A program made the translations under genes and the position numbers. This document shows positions 1-12,866 of a DNA stretch of 64,000 nt, one piece after another. Position 1 is the first letter of the stretch. The number at the start of each line of letters is the position of its first letter. The notes under the pieces are model-generated. The model did not search any database. It saw only the letters and a list, made by a program, of their open reading frames with translations, and had not been told where the DNA came from. Source of the stretch: Macrostomum hystrix (taxonomy: Eukaryota; Animalia; Platyhelminthes); the NCBI GenBank assembly GCA_950097015.1, contig CATNEN010000005.1, positions 5,084,001 through 5,148,000 on the forward strand, given 5' to 3'.

Positions 1-636
1 TTAGTCCGGCGGACGTCCGCCGTCGGCCGACGGAGGACCAATTTCGGACCATTGTAAAATGTTGTGAATACTACTATTAGTAGTGTAGCTCTGAATGAAA
101 AATCGTATTAATTATTCTCTCGTATTCCTTTAAATAACTTATTAAACATGAACAAAAATATTTTAATTTTCTTATTGAAAAAATGAATGTTATCGTATAT
201 TCTTATTAATTTTAATTTGCAAATACGTTACTCATTTCTTTATTTCACAGATACAATATAACAGAAAGAGACAATTAAACAAACATTTGCAAGTTATAAA
301 AGAAGAACAACTTGGAATAGAAGTAAGCAAGACAGAACTTGCTAAAAAATTAGGATTATTAAAAAATTACATACAAAAATACAGAAAGCAAAGTATAAAA
401 TGCCTTTGCAGTAATACAACGCACAACAGGCAGCATAGACATGGGGTAAAAAATACTAATTTGAATACATAGCAAGAAATATCATTGTGTACTATACTTA
501 CTATACTCAACGTAAATAACGAAGCGCGTTTCTAAAGCATGTAGGAAAATAATAGAAAGGAAGACGAATAATTTTTATACCTCACAAAAACTACAAAATT
601 TTGTGTATAAATCAAGACACATAAATACGCTCGTAC

Positions 637-1032
637 AATAATAATAATAATTAGACACTAGACTCAAGGGCCAGTGCAGGTGTTGTGTGTCAAGCACACT
701 AGCAGGAGGGGACTGCACACCTAATGTAAATCCCCGGCTCTCTCGGACACCGGAATTGACAGCCTCATGTCAGCAATGTAATTAATTTTTCGATACATAT
801 CGGCAGCATTCAAACCCCACTGAATTGCCGCACAGAGCAGCATTTTTCCACGCTGCCGGAATTATCATTACCCGACAAAATGTCGGTACTCATTTGCAGC
901 TGAGTAGACTGTGGGCACATCAGGGCAAAGCAGCTTGCCAAAGACTGCACGAATAGTTCTAGACTAGGTCGGGAATCGAACCCAGGACCATCTGATCCAG
1001 AGTCCGACACCTTACTGACTGAGCTATCCGCC
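637..1032 (-). mobile_element. tRNA-derived SINE, family 1
   Basis: Minus strand begins GGCGGATAGCTCAGTCAGTAAGG (A box) and GGGTTCGATTCCC (B box), then a body containing CAGCTGCAAATGAGTACC and a (TTA)n tail. A closely similar copy lies at 36162-36554. Confidence 0.85.
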
Positions 1033-1194
1033 TTTACATAAATACAATTTAGAGTATAAATTGTGCCACATATGTCCCATTTTAGCTACTCACTAGCAAG
1101 TCGTTAGTAGTAGCATACGAATTATTAGAAGCATACGAATTATAGTTCCGAAAAATAAACGAAAGTTGGGATTTATGAGTGAGAGACACTTAAT

Positions 1195-4100
1195 TTATAA
1201 ATATTCATCTTCTGAGCTGGTGCTCAGAACTCGAGCGCGCTTTCGAGCCGTCGTAGCTCCAGATGCCGCAGCTCCGACCGCCGCACCTCCAGATGCCGCA
1301 GCTCCGGCCTCCGCAGCTAAGGCCGCCGAAGCTCCGGCCTCCGCAGCTAAGGCCGCCGAAGCTCCGGCCTCCGCAGATCCGACCGCCGCACGTCCAGATG
1401 CCGCATTTTCAGCCGCCGCCGCGTAGCGCTGCCCGGCACTGACTCCTCGCTCCTTTGCCACCAGCCTGTCGGAGGCGTGTTTTAGGATGTTTCTAATCTC
1501 TCTCTCTACGTCGAACTCCGATGGTCGACCTTGGGGGTAGAGCATGGTGACTGCCTCTGGAAAAGAGTGTTTAAAGTCTCAATGACGAAATGCTCTCGAC
1601 ATGAGTGCCTATTTTGCCTATACCAATTTCATGTTGCCTAAATATGAATGAATATGATGAATATCTTAACAAAGAAAATACTGCTGAAATTACTGAATGC
1701 CAGCTCTTTGTCCGACAACTCCTGGAGGCCTGGTTCGGCCGCGCGCAGTCTCGCCGACATGTTGCGTCCTGACCAATTGATGACGCACTGCATGTTGGTC
1801 GCAAGGCACTTGCTCAGCATGCGCTTGCATGTGTCGTGGACTGTGCTTCCCCGACAGCTACGGAGGCATTCGGCCTGTTTGAGATTGATTTAGTGTATTT
1901 TTAATGTATTTAGTGTAGTTTATTGGTAGTATAATGTGTATCCACTATACTAAAAATGAAATGGTTGCTTGGTTGCTTGGTTGCTTGTAATTGATTTTCT
2001 CCCGAACGGCTCAACCGATTTTCACAATTTCTTCACCAAAAGATGCCAAATATGGGGACAATTATACACGTATTTTTATTAAGCTTAACTTTATTGCTAA
2101 AGGGATTAAATATTCGAAAAACATGATTTTTTCAAAGGTCAAACCATCTTGGCCTATTGAGAATTTCACTGACAGCCACTGAATTAGAATTGCGTCGTCA
2201 AATTGCGCAACAACCCCTAGCTGATTGAATTTGAAGCCTGCACTCTGGAGACAAATTGGAAATAAATGTACACAACCAACCGCGAGACTGAGTGTACTCT
2301 ATTTTCTTACTTCATTGTACAAAGCCAGAACTTTGAGAATTCATTTTATAAGGCTGATTTTTGCGACCACTAATCAACAGTCGGAATAGCCGATGTGTAG
2401 GCACTAGGAATAGGTTAGGCTAGGCTAGGGTTCGATTCATTTAGACTATTTTTTTCAGCCAGTAGTGATTGAAGAATATTTCAATTTATTTTTTTCATTT
2501 CGTAAATAAAATATCATAAATCATAGCAAATCTGAGTTTGAATCATTGCAACAATAGAGTCTGAATCATGGCTAAACCAGCGTCTGAATCATGGCTAAAC
2601 CAGAGCTTGAATCATGGCTAAACTGGAGTCTGAATCATGGCTAAACCAGAGTCTGAATCATGGCTAAACCAGCGTCTGAATCATGGCTAAACCAGAGTCT
2701 GAATCATGGCTAAACCAGAGTCTGAATCATGGCTTAACCAGAGTTTGAATCATGGCTAAACCAGAGTCTGAATCATGGCTAAACCAGAGTCTGAATCATG
2801 GCTAAACCAGCGTCTGAATCATGGCTAAACCAGAGTTTGAATCATGGCTAAACCAGAGTTTGAATCATGGCTTAACCAAAGTTTGAATCATGGCTAAACC
2901 AGAGTCTGAATCATGGCTTAACCAGAGTCTGAATCATGGCTAAACCAGAGTTTCAATCATGCCTAAACTAGAGTCTGAATCATGGCTAAACCAGAGTTTG
3001 AATCATGGCTAAACCAGATCTTGAATCATGGCTAAAACAGAGCTTGAATCATGGCTAAACTAGAGTCTGAATCATGGCTAAACCAGAGTCTGAATCATGG
3101 CTAAACCAGAGTTTGAATCATGGCTAAACTAGAGTCTGAATCATGGCTAAACTTGAGTCTGAATCATGGCTAAACCAGAGTCTGAATCATGGTTAAACTT
3201 GAGTCTGAATCATGGCTAAACCAGAGTCTGAATCATGGCTAAACCAGAGTTTGAATCTGGGCCAACCAGAGTTTGAATCATGGCTGAACCAGAGTTTGAA
3301 TCATGGCTAAACCATCATCATCAGCATGGCTAAACCAGAGTTTGAATCATCGCTAAACTTGAGTTTGAATCATGGTTAAACCAGAGTTTGAATCATGGCT
3401 AAACCAGAGTTTGAATCATGGCTAAACCAGAGTTTGAATCATGGCTAAACCAGAGTTTGAATCATTGCTAAACCAGAGTTTGAATCATTGCTAACCAGAG
3501 TCTGAATCATGGCTAAACCAGAGTTTGAATCATTGCTAAACCAGAGCTTCAATCATGGCAAAACCAGAGTTTGAATCATGGCTAAACCAGAGTTTGAATC
3601 ATGGCTAAACCAGAGTTTGAATCATGGCTAAACCAGAGTTTGAATCATGGCTAAACCAGAGTTTGAATCATGGCTAAACCAGAGTTTGAATCATGGCTAA
3701 ACCAGCGTTTGAATCATGGCTAAACCAGCGTCTGAATCATGGCTAAACCAGCGTCTGAATCATGGCTAAACCAGCGTCTGAATCATGGCTAAACCAGAGT
3801 TTGAATCATGGCTAAACCAGAGTTTGAATCATGGCTAAACCAGAGTTTGAATCATTGCTAACCAGAGTCTGAATCATGGCTAAACCAGAGTTTGAATCTT
3901 GGCTAAACCAGAGCTTCAATCATGGCTAAACCAGAGTCTGAATCATGGCTAAACCAGCGTCTGAATCATGGCTAAACCAGAGTCTGAATCATGGCTAAAC
4001 CAGAGTCTGAATCATGGCTTAACCAGAGTTTGAATCATGGCTAAACCAGAGTCTGAATCATGGCTAAACCAGAGTCTGAATCATGGCTAAACTTGAGTCT

Positions 4101-7100
4101 GAATCATGGCTAAACCAGAGTCTGAATCATGGTTAAACTTGAGTCTGAATCATGGCTAAACCAGAGTCTGAATCATGGCTAAACCAGAGTTTGAATCTGG
4201 GCCAACCAGAGTTTGAATCATGGCTGAACCAGATTTTGAATCATGGCTAAACCATCATCATCAGCATGGCTAAACCAGAGTTTGAATCATCGCTAAACTT
4301 GAGTTTGAATCATGGTTAAACCAGAGTTTGAATCATGGCTAAACCAGAGTTTGAATCATGGCTAAACCAGAGTTTGAATCATGGCTAAACCAGAGTTTGA
4401 ATCATTGCTAAACCAGAGTTTGAATCATTGCTAACCAGAGTCTGAATCATGGCTAAACCAGAGTTTGAATCATTGCTAAACCAGAGCTTCAATCATGGCA
4501 AAACCAGAGTTTGAATCATGGCTAAACCAGAGTTTGAATCATGGCTAAACCAGAGTTTGAATCATGGCTAAACCAGAGTTTGAATCATGGCTAAACCAGA
4601 GTTTGAATCATGGCTAAACCAGAGTTTGAATCATGGCTAAACCAGCGTTTGAATCATGGCTAAACCAGCGTCTGAATCATGGCTAAACCAGCGTCTGAAT
4701 CATGGCTAAACCAGCGTCTGAATCATGGCTAAACCAGAGTTTGAATCATGGCTAAACCAGAGTTTGAATCATGGCTAAACCAGAGTTTGAATCATTGCTA
4801 ACCAGAGTCTGAATCATGGCTAAACCAGAGTTTGAATCTTGGCTAAACCAGAGCTTCAATCATGGCTAAACCAGAGTCTGAATCATGGCTAAACCAGCGT
4901 CTGAATCATGGCTAAACCAGAGTCTGAATCATGGCTAAACCAGAGTCTGAATCATGGCTTAACCAGAGTTTGAATCATGGCTAAACCAGAGTCTGAATCA
5001 TGGCTAAACCAGAGTTTGAATCATGGCTAAACCAGAGTCTGAATCATGGCTAAACCAGAGTCTGAATCATGGCTAAACCAGCGTCTGAATCATGGCTAAA
5101 CCAGAGTTTGAATCATGGCTAAACCAGAGTCTGAATCATGGCTTAACCAGAATTTAAATTATGGCTAAACCAGAGTCTGAATCATGGCTTAACCAGAGTT
5201 TGAATCATGGCTAAACCAGAGTCTGAATCATGGCTAAACTTGAGTCTGAATCACGGCTAAACCAGAGTCTGAATCATGGTTAAACTTGAGTCTGAATCAT
5301 GGCTAAACCAGAGTCTGAATCATGGCTAAACCAGAGTTTGAATCTGGGCCAACCAGAGTTTGAATCATGGCTGAACCAGAGTTTGAATCATGGCTAAACC
5401 ATCATCATCAGCATGGCTAAACCAGAGTTTGAATCATCGCTAAACTTGAGTTTGAATCATGGTTAAACCAGAGTTTGAATCATGGCTAAACCAGAGTTTG
5501 AATCATGGCTAAACCAGAGTTTGAATCATGGCTAAACCAGAGTTTGAATCATTGCTAAACCAGAGTTTGAATCATTGCTAACCAGAGTCTGAATCATGGC
5601 TAAACCAGAGTTTGAATCATTGCTAAACCAGAGCTTCAATCATGGCTAAACCAGAGTTTGAATCATGGCTAAACCAGCGTTTGAATCATGGCTAAACCAG
5701 AGTCTGAATCATGGCTAAACCAGAGTTTGAATCATGGCTAAACCAGAGTTTGAATCATGGCTAAACCAGAGTTTGAATCATGGCTAAACCATAGTCTGAA
5801 TCATGGCTAAACCAGAGTCTGAATCATGGCTAAACCAGCGTCTGAATCATGGCTAAACCATAGTCTGAATCATGGCTAAACCAGCGTCTGAATCATAGCT
5901 AAACCAGCGTCTGAATCATGGCTAAACCAGCGTCTGAATCATGGCTAAACCGGAGTTTGAATCATCGCTAAGCTTGAGTTTGAATCATGGCTAAACCAGA
6001 GTTTGAATCATGGCTAAACCATCATCATGAGCATGGCTAAACTAGAGTCTGAATCATGGCTAAACCAGAGTCTGAATCATGGCTAAACCAGAGTTTCAAT
6101 CATGGCTAAACTAGAGTCTGAATCATGGCTAAACCAGAGTTTGAATCATGGCTAAACCAGATCTTGAATCATGGCTAAAACAGAGCTTGAATCATGGCTA
6201 AACTAGAGTCTGAATCATGGCTAAACCAGAGTCTGAATCATGGCTAAACCAGAGTTTGAATCATGGCTAAACTAGAGTCTGAATCATGGCTAAACTTGAG
6301 TCTGAATCATGGCTAAACCAGAGTCTGAATCATGGTTAAACTTGAGTCTGAATCATGGCTAAACCAGAGTCTGAATCATGGCTAAACCAGAGTTTGAATC
6401 TGGGCCAACCAGAGTTTGAATCATGGCTGAACCAGAGTTTGAATCATGGCTAAACCATCATCATCAGCATGGCTAAACCAGAGTTTGAATCATCGCTAAA
6501 CTTGAGTTTGAATCATGGTTAAACCAGAGTTTGAATCATGGCTAAACCAGAGTTTGAATCATGGCTAAACCAGAGTTTGAATCATGGCTAAACCAGAGTT
6601 TGAATCATTGCTAAACCAGAGTTTGAATCATTGCTAACCAGAGTCTGAATCATGGCTAAACCAGAGTTTGAATCATTGCTAAACCAGAGCTTCAATCATG
6701 GCAAAACCAGAGTTTGAATCATGGCTAAACCAGAGTTTGAATCATGGCTAAACCAGAGTTTGAATCATGGCTAAACCAGAGTTTGAATCATGGCTAAACC
6801 AGAGTTTGAATCATGGCTAAACCAGAGTTTGAATCATGGCTAAACCAGCGTTTGAATCATGGCTAAACCAGCGTCTGAATCATGGCTAAACCAGCGTCTG
6901 AATCATGGCTAAACCAGCGTCTGAATCATGGCTAAACCAGAGTTTGAATCATGGCTAAACCAGAGTTTGAATCATGGCTAAACCAGAGTTTGAATCATTG
7001 CTAACCAGAGTCTGAATCATGGCTAAACCAGAGTTTGAATCATGGCTAAACCAGAGCTTCAATCATGGCTAAACCAGAGTTTGAATGATGGCTAAACCAG

Positions 7101-10100
7101 AGTTTGAATCATGGCTAAACCAGAGTTTGAATCATGGCTAAACCAGAGTTTGAATCATGGCTAAACCAGAGTTTGAATCATGGCTAAACCAAAATTTCAA
7201 TCCTGGCCAACCAGAGTTTGAATCATGGCTAAACCAGAGTTTGAATCATGGCTAAACCAGAGTTTGAATCATGGATACACCAGAGTTTGAATCACGGCTA
7301 AACCAGAGTTTGAATCATTGCTAAACCAGAGTTTGAATCATGGCTAAACCAGAGTTTGAATCATGGTAAAACGAGAGTTTGAATCATGGCAAAACCAGAG
7401 TTTGAATCATAGTCAACCAGAGTCTGAATCATAACCCACCAGGGTTTAAAACATGGCGAAACCTGAATCTTGGCTAACCCAGCGTTTGAAAAATCAACGT
7501 CAACTGGGGAGTCATCATCAAAATGGGGATCATGGTAAACTGGGGGATTATTGTCAACTGGGGGATCGTTGTCAACTGGGGGATCATTGTCAACTGGGGG
7601 ATCATCATTAACTGGGGGATCATCATTAACTGGGGGATCATCATCAACTGGGGGATATTTGTGAACTGGGGGATCATTGTCAACTGGGCCGGATCATTGT
7701 CAACTGTGGGATCATTGTCAACTGGGGGATCATTGTCAACTGGGGGATTATTGTCAACTGGGGGATTGTTGTCAACTGGGGGATCATTGTCAACTGGGGG
7801 ATCATCATTAACTGGGGGATCATTGTCAACTGGGAGTTCATTGTCAACTGGGGGATCATTGTCAACTGGGGGAACATGGTCAACTGGAGGGGACATTGTT
7901 AACTGGGGATCATCATCAATGGGGAGTCATCATCAACTGGGGGATCATTGTCAACTGGGGGAACATGGTCAACTGGAGGGGACATTGTTTACTGGGGATC
8001 ATCATCAATGGGGAGTCATCATCAACTGGGGGATCATTGTAAACTGGGGGATCTTTGTCAACTGGGGGATCATTGTCAACTGGGGGATCATTGTCAACTG
8101 GGGGATCATTGTCAACTGGGGGGTTCATTGTCAACTGTGGGATCATTGTCAACTGGGGGATCATTGTCAACTGGGCGGTCATCATCAACTGGGGGGATCA
8201 TTGTCAACTGGGGGTTCATTGTCAACTGTGGGATCATTGTCAACGGGCGGGATCATTGTCAACTGGGGGATCATTGTCAACTGGGGGATCATTGTCAACT
8301 GGGGGATCATTTTCAACTGGGGGATCATTGTGAACTGGGGGATATTTGTCAACTGGGGGATCATTGTCAACTGTGGGATCATTGTCAACTGGGGGATCAT
8401 TGTCAACTGGGGGATCATTGTCAACTGGGGGATCATTGTCAACCGGGGGTTCATTGTCAACCTGGGGATCATCATCAACTGGGGGATCATTGTCAACTGG
8501 TGGTTCATTGTAGCTTTAAAAAGCTGTAAATTCAGCTGCTAAAAAGTATATACTAGACGAATTAAAAGTATTTCTGCTCCCCGAAGGGGGGCAAAACTTG
8601 CTAGTAGTGGTCTAAAATTTTTTGGAATAGCTTGACTTGTAAAATGTTGTGAATACTACTATTAGTAGTGTAGCTCTGAATAAAAAATCGTGCAAGACAA
8701 AAAAATAATACTCACCAAACGCCCTTGCTGCACTCGGGAATTCCGGAAATTTACGTACTCACTCCAACTCGAAATCGGAGCGAAATCCGGTTGCCCAGCG
8801 TTGTTAGACCGCTGACCGAGCTGCTGCACACCGAGTGGCCGCTGCAGCTGCTGCATAAATTCAGTCAGTCTAGCCGAGATAGCATCAACTGACGAATTCA
8901 TGTCTCTCCGGAGAGCTTCGACAGCGGCCTGTGTCTCATAGCATCTCCTAGCAGTCAGAGTCGCCAAATAGATGGCCGTCTGCAGGGATGCAGGGTCCAG
9001 GCCGCTTCTTCGCAGCCGGTTCTGCGTTCCGGCCATAGAGGAGCCCGGTTGGCCTAGGAAGCTGCCATTGTCTGTTGACAGCGTTAAGTGAACGGACGGG
9101 TTGATATGTAAGTTTGTAACTAAGCAAGTCTTATTTGCGAATAACCAATAAATAAGATTGTGAATGGATCAGTGAGTCTCAATGATCCAATAGCGAGTCT
9201 ACAAATGAGCGAATGCAGAAATATTATTTCGAAACCTTACCATCAGCTACTTCCTGATGGACCGAGCTGCTCAGCCTGCTCGGTGAACGCTGAATGTCTG
9301 ATGCCGATGGCCCCGACAATTTTGGCACAGTAGTGGCATTGTCATGACCTGTAAGCAGAGTAGTGGGGAAAATAAATTAGACTTTGAATCACTGTTTGTA
9401 AATCTGCAAGTAATTGATTGAGTAAGTCTGTGAATGAATTGAACAGTGAGTCTGTGAGTGAATTGAACATTGAATTGTGAATGAATGAACCAGTGAGTCT
9501 GTGAATCAATAAATCAATGAGTTTTCGCGAATGGATCAGTGAGTCTGCGAATTTATATGAATCCGTGAGTTTTTGAATACGTGTATGCATGGATGGATTG
9601 GATGAGTGAACCAATTTAGTGTATAGTCTAATAAACTCTTACCATCAACAATCGGAGATTCCATGGCGCTGGTTGAATGCAGGTGGTTCTCCTGGTCCTC
9701 CATCAGTCTTTGAGGTGTGGATGGGGATGGGATCAGTGTCGCGGTGCTGCTTAATCTCTGTAGCTGCGGTCGATCAGGCAGAGGAGCTGCTTTGGAGCCC
9801 ACATTCCTCTGATTTATGGCCTCGGAAGCTTCCCTCTCGCTCTCCGAGGTAGTAATGTTCTGTTTTAATTTTAGAAGGAAATGTGATGATAGGCAGTGTA
9901 ATGACTTGTGTTAGAAGTCAAAACGAGCTCCAATTTCAAGTGTCTCGGCTCTCACTGGGAGCAGATCCAGAAAAGGAGGAACAGAAGAGTGTGTGGAGCC
10001 CAACCAGTCAGGCTCAACATTATATTTGAGGGCTCTGGGCCCATGACAAAGCAGGCTACAACAAGCGCAGGGGAAGGCATGTGAAAGTACAACGGGAAAC

Positions 10101-10849
10101 TCGGTGCGCAGTGAGTTGAGAAGCGTACAGCGCCCATGAGTCAGTCAGTGGCCCCCACGCTGAGTGCAAGCAGACAGGACACAGTTAGTTTTGTGCAGTC
10201 AAAGTTCCCGGCCAGGCGTGCAGACTGAGGGTCTGCAGCCCAGGCCATCACAGGCAGCTATTCTGCTTATTGAAAAACTCAATTTGTGTGGATAAAGTCT
10301 GTTCGTGAATGAACCAGAGTCAGTAAATGAATAAATGAGAGCGTCTGTAAATGAATCACAGAAATCAGTGAGTCTGTGAGCAAATGAATGAGTGCGGCTT
10401 TGATCTGTGAATGGTTTAAGCAGTGAGTCTACTTGGATAATTAATAAAAATGTCTGCTGTTTATTAACAGACTATCTGTTATAGTAAAAGTTGTAGTGTC
10501 CTACCTGAATGGCTCCCAATCGGCTTCGGTGGCGCCCGGCATTCACCCGACAAACGGCCTTCAGAAGCGAGTCCACACTTTTCTTCTTGATGGTGCGCAT
10601 TCTCCGCAGGTGAAGGACGGTTGGCGTGCTGTCCACTTCTGGGTCAGTGACCACCTGGAGGAGAACGGCGTCATACCATTCGCCACTGTACTCTGCCCTC
10701 ACCTCAATTCTCGTAGCTGAGTACAGTTCCGAAGGCTCCATGCTGGCCCAGTCAAAATCCTGGTATTCACCAAGCATAATCTCTGTCTCATCTACTTCTA
10801 AAATTTCACCATCATTAGAGAAAAATACTATATAGCGATTGGACTGCAT
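1195..10849 (-). CDS. Multi-exon DUF4806-like protein (transposon accessory gene)
   Basis: Phase-compatible GT-AG exons at 10849-10505, 9859-9643, 9348-9241, 9071-8716, 1874-~1690 and ~1556-1195; the last junction is unresolved. C-terminal motifs LRSCRGSTVHDTCKRML, INWSGRN, KELAFS and EREIRNILKHASDR resemble the DUF4806 pattern as I recall it. Confidence 0.75.
2531..7480 (+). repeat. 23-bp tandem satellite (GAATCATGGCTAAACCAGAGTTT), about 215 copies
   Basis: Directly visible head-to-tail array without spacers; variant units recur at roughly 1-kb intervals. Confidence 0.97.
7490..8505 (+). repeat. 18-bp tandem satellite (GGGGGATCATTGTCAACT), about 55 copies
   Basis: Directly visible array; it produces the repetitive WGIIVN/QLTMIP ORFs in the track. 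Confidence 0.95.
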
Positions 10850-10920
10850 TTTAAGCTTTTATAATAGCTTCAATATAAGAATTTGAGTGACTAAGTAGCT
10901 AGAAATTTTCTAGAGACTAT

Positions 10921-11165
10921 AAAGTTGCTCAACAAAGATTGATCAACTATTCATATACGAGCTACGTACGTGCAGATATGCTCCGTTGGGACCCCGCCTT
11001 CTCAAAGCTTTACTGGACAAGAGCCAATGCAAAAGCGCGGAATCCGACAGAGCCAATCCGGTTAGAGCGAGCTGAGCCAATAGCGAACGGCTCGAGCGAA
11101 TGACTCGACAAAGGCAAACTAGCTTTTGTAGTAATTGAATTTATTGTAATTTACTTACCTTAAGT
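10921..11165. promoter_or_regulatory. CCAAT-box cluster promoter, copy 1, upstream of the DUF4806-like gene
   Basis: Three AGCCAAT motifs about 25-30 bp apart, CCCGCC and GCGCGGAA motifs; about 70 bp from the ATG at 10849; paralogous to 12462-12785. Confidence 0.6.
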
Positions 11166-12056
11166 ATCTGTAATTTACCGGGTATTTACTGTAGTTTGCG
11201 TTTAATATCGTTGATCACCATCTACTAGCGTTGATGGTGATTCTTTTTTTCCGTTGCGATGCAAATATTACAATATGCATGATAGTCTAGCTTATCTAGC
11301 AATCGTTGCAATGATATCATTACAATCTGCCGGTCAGAACTCAGAACTCATGATTACTAGAATTGCTAGACACGTCTACTATGTATATGCTGAGCCTACA
11401 GCGGCTGACAACAGAATTAATTTCTTTCATGTGTTTTTTTCAACTAAATAGCTAAATAATTAGGAATGCGTTATCAACAATGTATGCTGTCTTGTAACCG
11501 TCTCTCATATACACGATTTGTACGACTATGATTAAGAACTATGATTCCGATTCAGACTGTCCTGATTCAGACTGTGTAATTGTCCTGATGTCCTTTGATT
11601 TCTCAATAAGGTTTCACATACATACTAATACTATGTATTGTATATATACAATATTATTCCTTATTGTCAAGTCAACAACTATACGGAAATCCAACCAACC
11701 AGTGCCAGTGGCACACAAAAAATTGAAGACGGCGATGAAAAATTATGGCTTGTGTATTTTTTGTGTAAATGTGTATTTTTTAAACATTTATTTATTTAAA
11801 AATGTGCGCGTGCGTATTTGTGCATAAATATTGAACACAACATTAATACAGTTATTTATAAATTATTATTGTCAATAAGTGCAATTATCGCCACTTAAAT
11901 TGGTCAGCCGGTCCCGGTCAGCCGGCCGATCTGCTGCCCTGCAGCGATTCACAGGACGCCCGGCTGCGATATAAAAGATGGGTTTCAGTTTCATTTAGCT
12001 TATTAGCTCGGTTATCAGATCAGATGCGTTAATAAATATTCTAATAATAATAATAT

Positions 12057-12401
12057 TCAAAAGCGACTACTCACATATGGGTCCAGGCCCGCCGCTATGC
12101 GGCGAGCTCTGGCCATCCGAATCATGGCCAGCTTCATAAGACGCGTCGCTTCATTCAGCGCGTCCTGTGCCCGGCGCCGTGCGGGCGTCCAGGCCACTGT
12201 CGCCGCCATCTCTTCCGCAGCGACGAGGCATGACTGGATGGCCTCATCCAGTTTGGTGGTGGCATTGGCCAGAAAGTTCGCCCGGAACTGTGCCGGGAAC
12301 AAATGAAATTTGAACTCGTTGACATCGTCATGAACATCCAGGCCATGGACATGGCATTGGCTGCTGTTGATGCTGTTGCTGTCGCTGCTGTTGCTATTCA
12401 T
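12057..12401 (-). CDS. Intronless orphan ORF, 114 aa, Ala/Arg-rich and probably helical
   Basis: AAAAAAATG start context, GC-rich coding-like block in AT-rich flanks, starts next to promoter copy 2. No family recognised. Confidence 0.55.
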   Translation of the reverse strand: MNSNSSDSNSINSSQCHVHGLDVHDDVNEFKFHLFPAQFRANFLANATTKLDEAIQSCLVAAEEMAATVAWTPARRRAQDALNEATRLMKLAMIRMARARRIAAGLDPYVSSRF

Positions 12402-12461
12402 TTTTTTGTTGAAGGAAGGTTGAAGGAAGTTAGTTGAGGGAATTTTAGTGATCTGGTGGGA

Positions 12462-12785
12462 GAAGTTGCAACTATAAAATTTCTCAACAACGATTGATCA
12501 TCTATTTATATATGAGCCATACGTGCAGATATGCCACAGGTGGGTCCCCGCCTTCTCAAAGCTTTATTGGACACAAGCCAATGAAAACTTGCCCGCGCCG
12601 CGCGGAATCCGACAGAGCCAATCCGAGCCAAGAGCGAGCCGAGCCGAGCCGGCTCGAGCCGAGCGAGCCGAGCCGAGCCGAGCTGAGAGCCAACTCGACT
12701 CGAGTCTCGACAAAGGCAAGTAAACTAGCAATTTTAGTAAACTAATGAATTGTAATTTACAGACCTCTAGGCTCTAGTAATATTA
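12462..12785. promoter_or_regulatory. CCAAT-box cluster bidirectional promoter, copy 2
   Basis: ATTGG plus two AGCCAAT motifs and GAGCC repeats between the divergent starts at 12401 (-) and 12867 (+). Confidence 0.6.
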
Positions 12786-12866
12786 TTTTCCCGGGTTAAT
12801 TTACAGCAATTTTATTTTCAATATATCCCATCTATTAGCCTTTCATAACCATCACTTACTCACAAA

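Larger units (their letters stand above)
1941..8604 (+). mobile_element. Non-autonomous Helitron carrying two satellite arrays, in intron 4 of the DUF4806-like gene
   Basis: Inserted between A(1940) and T(8605). The 5' end TCCACTATACTAAAAATG is followed by (GTTGCTTG)n and AACGGCTCAACCGATTTTC, as in Lep1/DINE-like heads. The 3' hairpin CCCCGAAGGGG lies just upstream of the terminal CTAG. No TSD. Confidence 0.85.

Noticed and set aside
960-1032. tRNA gene (also 36085-36152 and 36485-36554)
   Set aside because: These are SINE heads followed by shared SINE bodies and tails; I could not fold a complete cloverleaf.
1166-1426. Plus-strand Ala/Pro-rich ORF
   Set aside because: Antisense shadow of the repetitive last exon of the DUF4806-like gene.
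2531-7480. CRISPR-like regular short repeats
   Set aside because: Units are head-to-tail with no unique spacers, no cas genes are present, and the context is eukaryotic.
7474-8542. Long ORFs (WGIIVN, PPVDND, QLTMIP repeats) resembling antifreeze or structural proteins
   Set aside because: They arise in many frames on both strands from an 18-bp satellite inside a Helitron within an intron.
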